Assembly (NCBI GenBank): GCA_037139495.1
Contig: JBAXGG010000001.1
Location: 3,025 to 67,024, forward strand
Source: Candidatus Saccharimonadota bacterium
GTDB taxonomy: Bacteria; Patescibacteriota; Saccharimonadia; Saccharimonadales; JAUPVS01
DNA length: 64,000 nucleotides
Reading direction: 5' to 3'
Below the pieces are notes generated by a model. That model made no database searches and was not told the origin of the DNA. It saw only the letters and a list, made by a program, of their open reading frames with translations. Positions 28,620 through 37,950 of this stretch are shown here, piece after piece (the stretch's first letter is position 1; every line of letters starts with the position of its first letter). The translations under genes and the position numbers were made by a program.

Positions 28620-28965
28620 GTCACTTAGTGACCAAAAAGAAATAGACCGCCGCGCTGAACAGTACCGCAACTTAATTAGACGAGAAGCCAAAATCGGTGG
28701 AAAATTGTTTGGCCCCATACCTAAAGGCCATAGACGAGAATTTTTTTGTTTAAACGAGCACACCTGGGTATGGTATGAAGAATGGACTGATCCTAGCGGA
28801 CACAGCCAATCTAAGACCACTCGTTATGATGTACGTCCAAAAGGAGTCGTCAAGGTTCAAGACGGACACCCTAGCCAATACATTGATTTAAACGAAGCTC
28901 GTAATCTCTATCAAGCCGTCGAACTCTATAACCAACGTATTGATGCTGAGTATGATCTACCTTGA
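28600..28965 (+). CDS. Conserved hypothetical protein
   Basis: 121-aa ORF overlapping both neighbours; REAKIGGKLFGP...RREFFCL...TWVWYEEW block. Confidence 0.75.
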   Translation: MFLKLFKSLSDQKEIDRRAEQYRNLIRREAKIGGKLFGPIPKGHRREFFCLNEHTWVWYEEWTDPSGHSQSKTTRYDVRPKGVVKVQDGHPSQYIDLNEARNLYQAVELYNQRIDAEYDLP

Positions 28966-30082
28966 TAATGCTGCTGCCACACCGCTAGACGGCACAGTTA
29001 TTAATGCCATGCAGCCGTATTGGCAGGATAAGTTTTTCAACGCCTCGGCCGGTTACCTAGCTGCCAAGCAGGTTCACCAAGATATCCAAAAAGCGCGAGC
29101 TAGCGTCGCTAAAATACTAGGCTCGCGCCCGAGTGAAGTTATTTTTACAGCTGGTGGCACCGAAGCCGACAATTTGGCGATTAACGGCGTCATGCAGGCT
29201 CACCCAAAAGCTAACCTGGTTATTAGCGCTGTCGAGCACAAAGCTATCCTTGAGGTCGCTCGGCAATATCCGTATCAGGTAGTGCCGGTAGGTGTGAACG
29301 GCCTGGTTGATATCGAAAAACTGGTCGAGCAAATTAATGATAAAACTGTTTTAGTTAGCGTCATGTACGCTAACAATGAGCTAGGAACAGTTCAACCTAT
29401 AACCAAAATCGGCCAGGCTATCCAAAAAATTAAACAAGATCGCAATCAGCGCGGTATAAAATTACCACTGTATTTTCATACCGATGCCAGCCAAGCACCT
29501 AATTATTTGAATCTCCAGGTTAACCGATTGGCAGTTGACCTGATGACTCTTAATGGCGGTAAAATCTATGGACCAAAACAGACTGGCGCTCTATACGTAA
29601 AAGCCGGTACAGTTATAAAAGGCCAGATAAGGGGCGGCGGCCAAGAACACAATTTACGTAGCGGAACCGAAAATGTGGCCGGTATAATCGGCTTTACTAG
29701 AGCTCTGGAGATCGCCCAATTAATACGACCAGAGGAAGCCAAGCGACTTGCTGAATTACAGATCCAATTTGAATCTCAGTTAGACAAATTGCCGAAAGTG
29801 GTAATTAATGCTCACCAAAATCGGCTACCTAACTTCGTCCATATAACTATTAAGGGGTTCGATAACGAACAATTGATGATGCAGCTGGATGAGGCGGGAA
29901 TAATCTGCGCCGTTGGATCGGCTTGTAGTGCCAGTAACGAAGAGCCCTCTCATGTCCTAAAAGCAATTGGTTTAAGTAAAGCCGAGGCCCAAAGTTCATT
30001 GCGATTTAGCATGGGCCGACAAACAAGTCCTAAAGATATTAAAAAAACTGTCCAGACATTAACAAAACTACTAAACATGTAA
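28952..30082 (+). CDS. Cysteine desulfurase (IscS/NifS-like)
   Basis: IYLDNAAATP, FTAGGTEADN, YANNELG, HTDASQ, KIYGPK, RSGTENV, GSACSA. Confidence 0.94.
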   Translation: MIYLDNAAATPLDGTVINAMQPYWQDKFFNASAGYLAAKQVHQDIQKARASVAKILGSRPSEVIFTAGGTEADNLAINGVMQAHPKANLVISAVEHKAILEVARQYPYQVVPVGVNGLVDIEKLVEQINDKTVLVSVMYANNELGTVQPITKIGQAIQKIKQDRNQRGIKLPLYFHTDASQAPNYLNLQVNRLAVDLMTLNGGKIYGPKQTGALYVKAGTVIKGQIRGGGQEHNLRSGTENVAGIIGFTRALEIAQLIRPEEAKRLAELQIQFESQLDKLPKVVINAHQNRLPNFVHITIKGFDNEQLMMQLDEAGIICAVGSACSASNEEPSHVLKAIGLSKAEAQSSLRFSMGRQTSPKDIKKTVQTLTKLLNM

Positions 30083-30099
30083 TTATCTAAAAATAGGCC

Positions 30100-30309
30100 T
30101 AACAGACCTTCCTAAAGCCTTTACTTAATAGTATCTAAAAAAAGGTATACAAAGAAATAGCCGAAAAAGATGTCTAGGATATCTTAAATGGTGTTTTTCT
30201 GCAGGAACTTTGCGACCAAGGACTGCTTTATTTTGAACAGAAAATAAACGAAAACAAGATGTTTTTATAGCAGGATTTACCGCCAATAATGTATTTCACA
30301 GCAACGTGA
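30100..30309 (+). pseudogene. Possible decayed gene fragment
   Basis: One frame reads like protein (QTFLKPLLNSI*KKVYKEIAEKDV*DILNGVFLQELCDQGLLYFEQKINENKMFL*QDLPP) broken by in-frame stops. Confidence 0.35.
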
Positions 30310-30384
30310 GAACCACATAAGGGATAATTAATTTTGATAATGGTGATGGCAAAACAGGGGTAACTTTGCTAAAATAGGTTAGAT

Positions 30385-31422
30385 ATGGCAAAGAAAGTTT
30401 ATGTCGGTCTAAGCGGTGGCGTTGATAGTTCAGTGACTGCAGCTTTGCTCGTGGAGCAGGGTTACGAAGTTACGGGGGTTTACATGAAAAACTGGAGCCA
30501 GGACTTTTCAGGCTTTGATTGCCCCTGGAAAGATGACTACCAAGATGCCAAGCGCGTTGCCGTCCAGCTAGGCATACCCTTTAAAATGTATGACTTCGAA
30601 AAAGAGTATCGTCAGAAAGTTGTTAATTATATGGTCGCCGAATATCAGGTTGGTAACACGCCGAATCCAGATATTATGTGCAACCAAGAGGTCAAATTCA
30701 AACTCTTTTTAGAAACCGCCTTAGAGGATGGTGCTGACCTAATTGCCACAGGTCACTATGCCCGTGTAAAAAACGGGCGGTTACTAACAGCAGCCAATAA
30801 AGAAAAAGATCAAACATATTTTTTGTATCGAGTTAGCGAAGACGCATTAAAGCACGTCTTAATGCCAATTGGTGACTATAAAACCAAAATAGAAGTTCGT
30901 TCCCTGGCAAAGAAGTTCGGGTTGGCTACAGCCGAGAAGAAAGACTCTCAGGGGATATGTTTTGTCGGCAAGGTTGGCATTAAGGACTTCTTGCTACACG
31001 AACTTGGACCGCAGGCACCAGGCTTAATCAAGAATGAATCAGGGAAGGTTATTGGTCAGCATGAGGGTGCGATCTTTTATACCATCGGACAACGACACGG
31101 TTTAAGTGTTGGCGGTGGTCTGCCATATTACGTAGTTGGCAAGGACATGAAGAAAAACGAAGTTTACGTCACAACCAACCTGGATGACAAAGAACTATGG
31201 CATAAATCTTTGCAACTAAGCAGCGTCCACTGGATTAACAGCCAGCCTTCAGCTACTAAACTTCAGGTCAGAACTCGATACCGAGCCGATCTAGTTAATT
31301 GCATAATTAGTGAGGATGGCAAGATTGTTGAGCTTGAAGACGAGGTCAGGGCGGTGACTTCTGGACAATCAGCAGTCTTTTATGATGGCGACAAAGTTTT
31401 AGGCGGCGGGATTATAAGCTAG
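30385..31422 (+). CDS. mnmA: tRNA 2-thiouridine(34) synthase
   Basis: SGGVDSS, TPNPDIMCN, ATGHYA, KDQTYFL, DSQGICF, TIGQR, GQSAVFY. Confidence 0.97.
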   Translation: MAKKVYVGLSGGVDSSVTAALLVEQGYEVTGVYMKNWSQDFSGFDCPWKDDYQDAKRVAVQLGIPFKMYDFEKEYRQKVVNYMVAEYQVGNTPNPDIMCNQEVKFKLFLETALEDGADLIATGHYARVKNGRLLTAANKEKDQTYFLYRVSEDALKHVLMPIGDYKTKIEVRSLAKKFGLATAEKKDSQGICFVGKVGIKDFLLHELGPQAPGLIKNESGKVIGQHEGAIFYTIGQRHGLSVGGGLPYYVVGKDMKKNEVYVTTNLDDKELWHKSLQLSSVHWINSQPSATKLQVRTRYRADLVNCIISEDGKIVELEDEVRAVTSGQSAVFYDGDKVLGGGIIS

Positions 31423-31487
31423 TAGGTAGGCACCCATCAGCACAGTCTCATCATATATAATTTTAAATCTGGTATACTCTAACAGAT

Positions 31488-33374
31488 ATGAATGCTCAAG
31501 AAATCCGAAAAGCTTATTTGGACTTTTTCAAGGGACAAAAGCACGAATTAATCCAGCTGGCTCAATTAGTGCCCCAAAATGACCCAACTACACTTTTTAC
31601 CGGTTCTGGTATGCAGCCACTCATCCCATATTTATTGGGCGAAAAGCACCCTAGCGGCGTTCGTCTTGTTAATAGCCAAACTTGTTTGCGCGCCCAAGAT
31701 ATTGAAGAGGTCGGCGATAATCGTCACACAACCTTCTTTGAGATGCTCGGTAACTGGAGTCTGGGCGATTATTTTAAGAAGGAGCAGATTGCCTGGTTTT
31801 TTGAGTTTTTGGTAGACAAGGTCGGTCTGGACCCTCAGAAAATCTACGTTACCTGTTTTATTGGTAGTAAAGAACATAATATCCCTCGTGATGACGAAGC
31901 CGCTGCTATTTGGCAAAAACTGTTTAAGTCTAAAGGTATCGATGCTAAGATTGCCGAGATTGGTAGTCAAGCTAATGGCGACAAGCGCGGTATTAAAGAA
32001 GGGGAACGCATCTTCTTTTACGATGATGGCGAAAACTGGTGGAGCCGTGCTGGTGGCCTCGATAAAACTCCGATTGGTGACCCTTGCGGACCAGATAGCG
32101 AAGTTTTCTACAATTTTGGCCCCCAGAATCACAACCCTTCTTTTGGACATGCCCACCCAGCCAGTGATTCAGGCCAGTTTATGGAAATTGGCAACCAAGT
32201 TTTTATGCAGTATTTGCGTACTGATAAAGGTTTTGAGGAACTGCCTAAACCTAACGTTGATTTTGGCGGTGGCTTGGAACGTATCGCCGCTGCCGCTATC
32301 GATAGCCCAGATGTTTTTAAAATTAGCATAATGTGGCCAATTATCGATCAGCTAGAAAAACTTTCTGGCAAAAAGTACGGCAATCACCAAGCTAGCATGC
32401 GGGTTATTGCTGATCACTTGCGAGCGGCCACCTTCCTAGCCGTTGATGGAATCGTTCCCTCCAACAAAACCCAAGGTTATGTTATGCGTCGCTTGTTGCG
32501 TCGCGCCATCCGCTTTGCATTTGAACTTGGCATCGAACAAAACTTCTTGCAAGACGTAGCCCCAGTTATTACGGATCTGTACCATCATGATTACCCAGAG
32601 GTGGCCGAACAGCGAGACAAGGTTGTCGATATTTTGGTTCGGGAAGAAAAGATTTTCCGACAGACACTGCGCAAAGGGCTGCATGAGTTCAACAAAATGG
32701 CCGGCAAAGAACTAACTGGCGAGACTCTATTTAAACTTTATGACACATATGGTTTCCCAACAGAGCTTACACATGAAGAAGCCTTTAAACAAGATTTGCC
32801 AGTTGCTAAAACCGCTCAAGATGATTTCGAGAAGCTCATGCAGGAACAGCGTGAACGCTCACAAACGGCCAGTAAGGGTACCTTTAAAGGTGGTCTTGGT
32901 GGTCAAACCCTGCAACACAAAAAATATCATACCGCTACGCACCTTATGTACCAGGCCTTAAGAAACGTTCTGGGCGACCACGTTATTCAGCGCGGTTCTA
33001 ACATTACCGAAGAACGCCTGCGTTTTGACTTTAGCCACCACGAAAAAGTGACTCCTGAGCAAATCAAAGAAGTCGAAAAAATAGTAAACGAACAGATTGG
33101 TAACGATCTTAAAGTCAGTTTCGAGGAATATCCTACAAAAGTTGCTCGAGAAGAAAAAGGTGCTTTGGGCCAATTTGGTGATCGTTACGGGGAGCGGGTC
33201 AAAGTTTATACGATGATTGCTGACGGCGCTAAAAAGCCATTTAGTTTTGAAATATGCGGCGGACCCCATGTTGACCATACTCTGCAATTATTTGAAGACG
33301 GCAAGAAGTTTAAGATACTAAAAGAAGAAGCCAGCTCTGCCGGGGTCCGAAGAATCAAGGCCGTATTAGCGTAA
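31488..33374 (+). CDS. alaS: Alanyl-tRNA synthetase (compact form)
   Basis: HTTFFEMLGNWSLGDYFK, CGPDSE, GLERI, ADHLR, LYDTYGFP, HTATH and CGGPH editing motifs; ends at GVRRIKA. Confidence 0.95.
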   Translation: MNAQEIRKAYLDFFKGQKHELIQLAQLVPQNDPTTLFTGSGMQPLIPYLLGEKHPSGVRLVNSQTCLRAQDIEEVGDNRHTTFFEMLGNWSLGDYFKKEQIAWFFEFLVDKVGLDPQKIYVTCFIGSKEHNIPRDDEAAAIWQKLFKSKGIDAKIAEIGSQANGDKRGIKEGERIFFYDDGENWWSRAGGLDKTPIGDPCGPDSEVFYNFGPQNHNPSFGHAHPASDSGQFMEIGNQVFMQYLRTDKGFEELPKPNVDFGGGLERIAAAAIDSPDVFKISIMWPIIDQLEKLSGKKYGNHQASMRVIADHLRAATFLAVDGIVPSNKTQGYVMRRLLRRAIRFAFELGIEQNFLQDVAPVITDLYHHDYPEVAEQRDKVVDILVREEKIFRQTLRKGLHEFNKMAGKELTGETLFKLYDTYGFPTELTHEEAFKQDLPVAKTAQDDFEKLMQEQRERSQTASKGTFKGGLGGQTLQHKKYHTATHLMYQALRNVLGDHVIQRGSNITEERLRFDFSHHEKVTPEQIKEVEKIVNEQIGNDLKVSFEEYPTKVAREEKGALGQFGDRYGERVKVYTMIADGAKKPFSFEICGGPHVDHTLQLFEDGKKFKILKEEASSAGVRRIKAVLA

Positions 33375-33465
33375 AACTCAGCTGGTTCACAGACAGCCTG
33401 TTTATAACTATAGGTAGTTTGAGCGACTTACTTCATAGAGCCAGTCTAAGATGTTAAAATAAAAG

Positions 33466-34770
33466 GTGATTATGCTTGGAAAACTAAAGCGTTCTAATGG
33501 CGCATATAAAAAAACCGGTGAACAATATATTGTTGGCCTGGATATTGGCACCGAATACGTAAAAGCCTTAATTGGCGTCCTGAAAGACGATAAGATCGAA
33601 GTTATCGGTGTTGGCCGTACTCATCAGGAACTAAACGACATGCAGGCCGGGGCGATTGCCGACATCACAGGAGTGGTGCGCAACTGCAACGAAGCTTTAA
33701 ACATTGCCGAAAAACAAGCTGGCACAACTGTTCGTACTGGTGTTATTGGTATAGCCGGTGAGCTAGTTAAGGGTACAACTACCACTGTCCGAGCCACCCG
33801 AAAAAACCCGACCAAAGCTCTGGACGTACCGGAGGTAGAAAAGATTATTGGTCTAGTTCAGAAGCGAGCCGAAGAGCGTGCTAAACAGCAGTTGGCCTGG
33901 GAATTGGGCGGTAAAGAAGTTGAAGTTCGTTTGGTTAACAGTGCCTTGGTCGGTATCGAAATCGATGGTTACAAGGTTACTAACCCAATTGGCTTTCAGG
34001 GTAAGGACGTAGTTGTGCAGCTCTATACGGCCTTCGCTCCATTAATTCATATTGGCGCCCTAGAAAAAACTGCTCAGGAGCTAGACCTAGATTTATTAGC
34101 TGTAGCCGCCGAACCTTTTGCCGTCTCCCGGGCCGTTATCGGTAATGATCCAAATGCCAGCATGAGTGCTATCTTGATGGATGTCGGTGGCGGTACTACC
34201 GATATTGCGGTCGTTAACGACGGCGGTGTCCAGGGAACCAAGATGTTTGGAATCGGCGGTCGCGCCTATACTAGAGCTGTCGAGAAGGAACTGGATATAT
34301 CCTTTGCCCAAGCCGAAGAATTAAAAATCGGTTTACAATCTAACAAGACTCCTCGGACAGAAGTACCCTCTATCGAGAAAGCTCTAAAAAAGACTGCTGA
34401 CGTCTGGATTGACGGCGTCGAACTTGCCCTATCGGAGTTTGACAAGTTAGATCATCTACCAAATCGAGTTTTATTGTGTGGTGGCGGGTCATCTCTTGAT
34501 GCCTTGGTTGATACGCTAAATTCTAGCCAGTGGTATGGCCAGCTTCCGTTTACCCGCAAGCCAGTTGTACAATATATACGTCCCGAACAAGTTATGGGTA
34601 TCGTCGACAAGACTGGCGACGTTACCGATCATACCTTTGTAACGGCCATGGGATTGTTGCGAGTTGGCGCTGACACTGTGCAGCAACAGGATGCTCCAGC
34701 GAGCACAACCAAAACAAGCTCTCCCAAAGGAAGTTTTAAAGAACGATTAGACAGGATGTTGCGCGTATGA
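33466..34770 (+). CDS. FtsA-like actin-fold ATPase, not linked to ftsZ
   Basis: GLDIGTEYVK, AAEPFA, MDVGGGTTDIA, AEELK, LCGGGS; C-terminal amphipathic SFKERLDRMLRV after a linker. Confidence 0.88.
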   Translation: MIMLGKLKRSNGAYKKTGEQYIVGLDIGTEYVKALIGVLKDDKIEVIGVGRTHQELNDMQAGAIADITGVVRNCNEALNIAEKQAGTTVRTGVIGIAGELVKGTTTTVRATRKNPTKALDVPEVEKIIGLVQKRAEERAKQQLAWELGGKEVEVRLVNSALVGIEIDGYKVTNPIGFQGKDVVVQLYTAFAPLIHIGALEKTAQELDLDLLAVAAEPFAVSRAVIGNDPNASMSAILMDVGGGTTDIAVVNDGGVQGTKMFGIGGRAYTRAVEKELDISFAQAEELKIGLQSNKTPRTEVPSIEKALKKTADVWIDGVELALSEFDKLDHLPNRVLLCGGGSSLDALVDTLNSSQWYGQLPFTRKPVVQYIRPEQVMGIVDKTGDVTDHTFVTAMGLLRVGADTVQQQDAPASTTKTSSPKGSFKERLDRMLRV

Positions 34771-36422
34771 CCGAAGCTCAAAAAGATACTATCTACATCG
34801 ATGTTGACGACGAAATCACTGGCATTATCGAAAAGGTCAAAGACAGCCCGCACAAAATTGTTGCTTTGGTGCTACCTAAACGCGCCACAGTTTTGCAGAG
34901 CATCGTCAACATGAAGCTGCTTAATCGCAGTGCTAAAACTGCTAAAAAGAGCCTGGTATTAATTACATCGGAAGCTGGCCTGCTACCTTTAGCTGGAGCG
35001 GTCGGGGTCCATGTTGCTAAAAACCTCCAATCCAAGCCTGCCATTCCAGCCGGGCCTGCTACCGATGAGATCCCTGAGTCACTGATAAATGAAGAAGAAA
35101 TTGATGCCGATGAGGATGACCCAGAAATTGACGACAGTAAGCCAATCGGCGATCTAGCCGGTGTTGCTGATGAAGAAGAAACTATCGATCTAAACGACGA
35201 TGAGCCCGCTACAGCAGATAAAAAAGCTGACAAACCAGCCAAAGACAAAAAACTCAAAGTTCCAAACTTCGAACGCTTCCGTAAATGGCTAATAATTGGC
35301 GGGATTGCTCTCCTAGTTTTAATTGTAGGCGGTTACTTTGCCATGGTGCGTATGCCCAAGGCTAACATCGTTATTACCACTGATTCAACCGATACAACTA
35401 CGAATGTTGCTTTTACGGCTAACACTAGTACCAAAACTTACGACGAAGCCGCAAAGGTTATTCCGGCCGAAATGCCATCTGTCAAAAAAACCGACAGCCA
35501 ATCGGCGCCCGCAACCGGGCAGAAGAATAACGGGACCAAAGCAACTGGAACAGTGACTATTACAGCTCAAAAATGTGGGATTATTAGCGTTAATCCTCCG
35601 GCCTCTATTGCAGCAGGGACGGGAGTTAGCTCTGGGGGTCAGACTTATATTACCCAGAAAACGACCGTCTTCACTACTCTAGAACCAAAAGACAGCTGTA
35701 TTAACTACAAGTCAACCCCTACTGATATAACAGCGCAGAACGGCGGGGTGGCCTACAACGTAAGCGGCGCTACGTTTACGGTTAGCGGTCGTTCCGATAT
35801 TAGTAGTGCGACTGGTAGTGCTAACGGCGGTACCGACAACATGGTAAAAGTAGTCTCTCAAGCCGACGTTGATGCCGCCAAAGCCAAGCTGACTACTCAA
35901 GCTCAATCCGATGCCGCCAAGACGGAACTTACTAATACACTTAAAAAAGACGGCATGTTCATTATTACCTCTAGCTTAGCTGTTGATGGACCGACAATTA
36001 CAACGGCTCCTAACGTCGGTGACCCAGCCGATAATGTAACGGTAACGTCGACTGCTACTTATACGCTGTTGGGCGTTAATCAGGATGACCTAAACAAGCT
36101 AATTACCGCCCAAGCCAAAGGTCAGATCGATCAGGGTAAACAGACCGTCCAGGATACCGGGTTAAGTACAGCAACGTTTACAGTCCAGGGCAAGGATAAC
36201 CCGCAGGTTGTGGCAACCACTACAGTGACAATCGGTCCGAACCTCGATACCAATGCTATCAAAAAAGAAATCGCCGGCAAAAAGAAGGCTGAAACAACTG
36301 ATATTATCCAGAGTCGTCCTTCGATTAAATCTGTCACTGTTAATTACAGCCCATTCTGGGTCAATAAAACTCCTAAAAATGCCAATAAGGTGACAATTAC
36401 ATTCAATAAAGCGGGCAAGTAG
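34767..36422 (+). CDS. Bitopic membrane protein with extracellular baseplate-J/gp47-like domain
   Basis: Globular N-domain IYIDVDDEIT...QSIVNMKLL, acidic linker, one TM, then KATGTVTI / IAAGTGV..GGQTY / ITAQNGGVAYNV / ANGGTD motifs; 4-nt overlap with the FtsA-like gene. Confidence 0.72.
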   Translation: MTEAQKDTIYIDVDDEITGIIEKVKDSPHKIVALVLPKRATVLQSIVNMKLLNRSAKTAKKSLVLITSEAGLLPLAGAVGVHVAKNLQSKPAIPAGPATDEIPESLINEEEIDADEDDPEIDDSKPIGDLAGVADEEETIDLNDDEPATADKKADKPAKDKKLKVPNFERFRKWLIIGGIALLVLIVGGYFAMVRMPKANIVITTDSTDTTTNVAFTANTSTKTYDEAAKVIPAEMPSVKKTDSQSAPATGQKNNGTKATGTVTITAQKCGIISVNPPASIAAGTGVSSGGQTYITQKTTVFTTLEPKDSCINYKSTPTDITAQNGGVAYNVSGATFTVSGRSDISSATGSANGGTDNMVKVVSQADVDAAKAKLTTQAQSDAAKTELTNTLKKDGMFIITSSLAVDGPTITTAPNVGDPADNVTVTSTATYTLLGVNQDDLNKLITAQAKGQIDQGKQTVQDTGLSTATFTVQGKDNPQVVATTTVTIGPNLDTNAIKKEIAGKKKAETTDIIQSRPSIKSVTVNYSPFWVNKTPKNANKVTITFNKAGK

Positions 36423-36424
36423 TA

Positions 36425-36856
36425 ATGCAGTCCTCTCAGAACCCTAATGCACGCATTGTAGCGTTGGACGTTGGTAAAAAACGGATTGGTGTGGCAAGCG
36501 CGAATGTCATTGCTCGTCTTGCCAGCCCATTAACCACCCTAGACGTAAGCGATAATATCATTGAAGATATTAAGCAGCTACTGGCTCGAGAGACTGCACA
36601 AGCATTAGTAATTGGCCTACCGCGTAATCTGCAGGGCGAAGACACCGACCAAACTAGGACGGTTCGTCAGTTCGCCGCTGGACTAGAAAAACAAATAAGT
36701 ATCCCGATTTACTGGCAGGACGAGGCTCTAACTTCTCACTTATCAAAAGAACGTCTTAAAGTATCACAAAAAACTTACCAAAAAGGTCAAGTTGACGCCC
36801 TGGCAGCCACCTATATTTTAGAAGATTATTTGGTATCAATGCCGGATTCCAAATAA
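36425..36856 (+). CDS. ruvX: YqgF/RuvX-family nuclease
   Basis: ALDVGKKRIGVA, VIGLP, QDEALTS, VDALAATYILE. Confidence 0.93.
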   Translation: MQSSQNPNARIVALDVGKKRIGVASANVIARLASPLTTLDVSDNIIEDIKQLLARETAQALVIGLPRNLQGEDTDQTRTVRQFAAGLEKQISIPIYWQDEALTSHLSKERLKVSQKTYQKGQVDALAATYILEDYLVSMPDSK

Positions 36857-37905
36857 TGGTAAAAAATAATCATTACCGAACACGAATAAGACGGTGGCCG
36901 TTAATTACCTTTTTATCGATATTTGTCGGGTTGGCTGTAGTTATCGGTGGAGTCTGGATGGTGCGATACTACTATTACCCTAACCTACTACCTTTTAGCA
37001 GTAGCCAGACTGCGGTAACCGTTACGATCCCAACCGGCTCTTCGGTTAGTCAGATTGCCGGCATACTACATCAAAATAAGTTAATCAGAGATTCTAGAGT
37101 TTTCACTCAATATGTACGTACTCAAAACGTTCAGGATAAGTTACAGGCGGGAACTTACTCCCTACGACCGAGTGATAGTGTGCAAAAAATTACTAAGATT
37201 TTAACCGGTGGAGATATCCAGAAGAACTTGTTTACAATTCTCCCTGGCCAAAGGCTCGACCAAATTAGAAGCTCGATGATTAATGCTGGATTCCCGGCTG
37301 CTCAGGTTGATCAAGCAATGAATTCGGCACTATATAAAAATCACCCAATTCTGGCTTATAAGCAGGCCGAAGCTAGCCTAGAGGGCTACCTGTATCCTAA
37401 TTCCTACCATCGGATTGCCGAAACAACACCACAACAAATTATTAAGCAGTCATTGGATGAGATGCAAAAACAACTAACTCCAGCAATTCGCGATGCTTTT
37501 GTTGCTCAAGGCTTAACTGCTCATCAGGGGGTTACTTTGGCGTCGGTAGTGGAAATGGAGGTTTCTAAGCCCATTGATCGCCCGATTGTCGCCCAGGTGT
37601 TCCTTTCCCGTCTACGATTAAGTAAAAATCTTGAGTCGGATGCTATAACAGCCTATGGTGATATTCTGGCTGGGCATAGCCCCAGCACCACATTCGATAC
37701 CCCGTACAACGTATATATCCACCCCGGCTTGCCAATAGGGCCGATTAGTAATGTTAGCGAGGATGCCTTGCAAGCAGTTGCGCATCCGGCCGCTACTAAT
37801 TGGTTATATTTTGTATCTGGTGACGATGGCACTACTCACTTTTCTAGCAACCTACAAGATCACCAGGCACTGACTAAACAGTACTGTAAAAAACTCTGTC
37901 AGTAG
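36856..37905 (+). CDS. mltG: Endolytic transglycosylase MltG
   Basis: N-terminal TM, LQAGTY, LEGYLYP, LASVVEME, TPYNVY..PGLPIGPISN, LYFV. Confidence 0.93.
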   Translation: MVKNNHYRTRIRRWPLITFLSIFVGLAVVIGGVWMVRYYYYPNLLPFSSSQTAVTVTIPTGSSVSQIAGILHQNKLIRDSRVFTQYVRTQNVQDKLQAGTYSLRPSDSVQKITKILTGGDIQKNLFTILPGQRLDQIRSSMINAGFPAAQVDQAMNSALYKNHPILAYKQAEASLEGYLYPNSYHRIAETTPQQIIKQSLDEMQKQLTPAIRDAFVAQGLTAHQGVTLASVVEMEVSKPIDRPIVAQVFLSRLRLSKNLESDAITAYGDILAGHSPSTTFDTPYNVYIHPGLPIGPISNVSEDALQAVAHPAATNWLYFVSGDDGTTHFSSNLQDHQALTKQYCKKLCQ

Positions 37906-37950
37906 AACTTCAAAAATGGCCAAAAGGGCCGATTTTTGGTATAATCTGGG

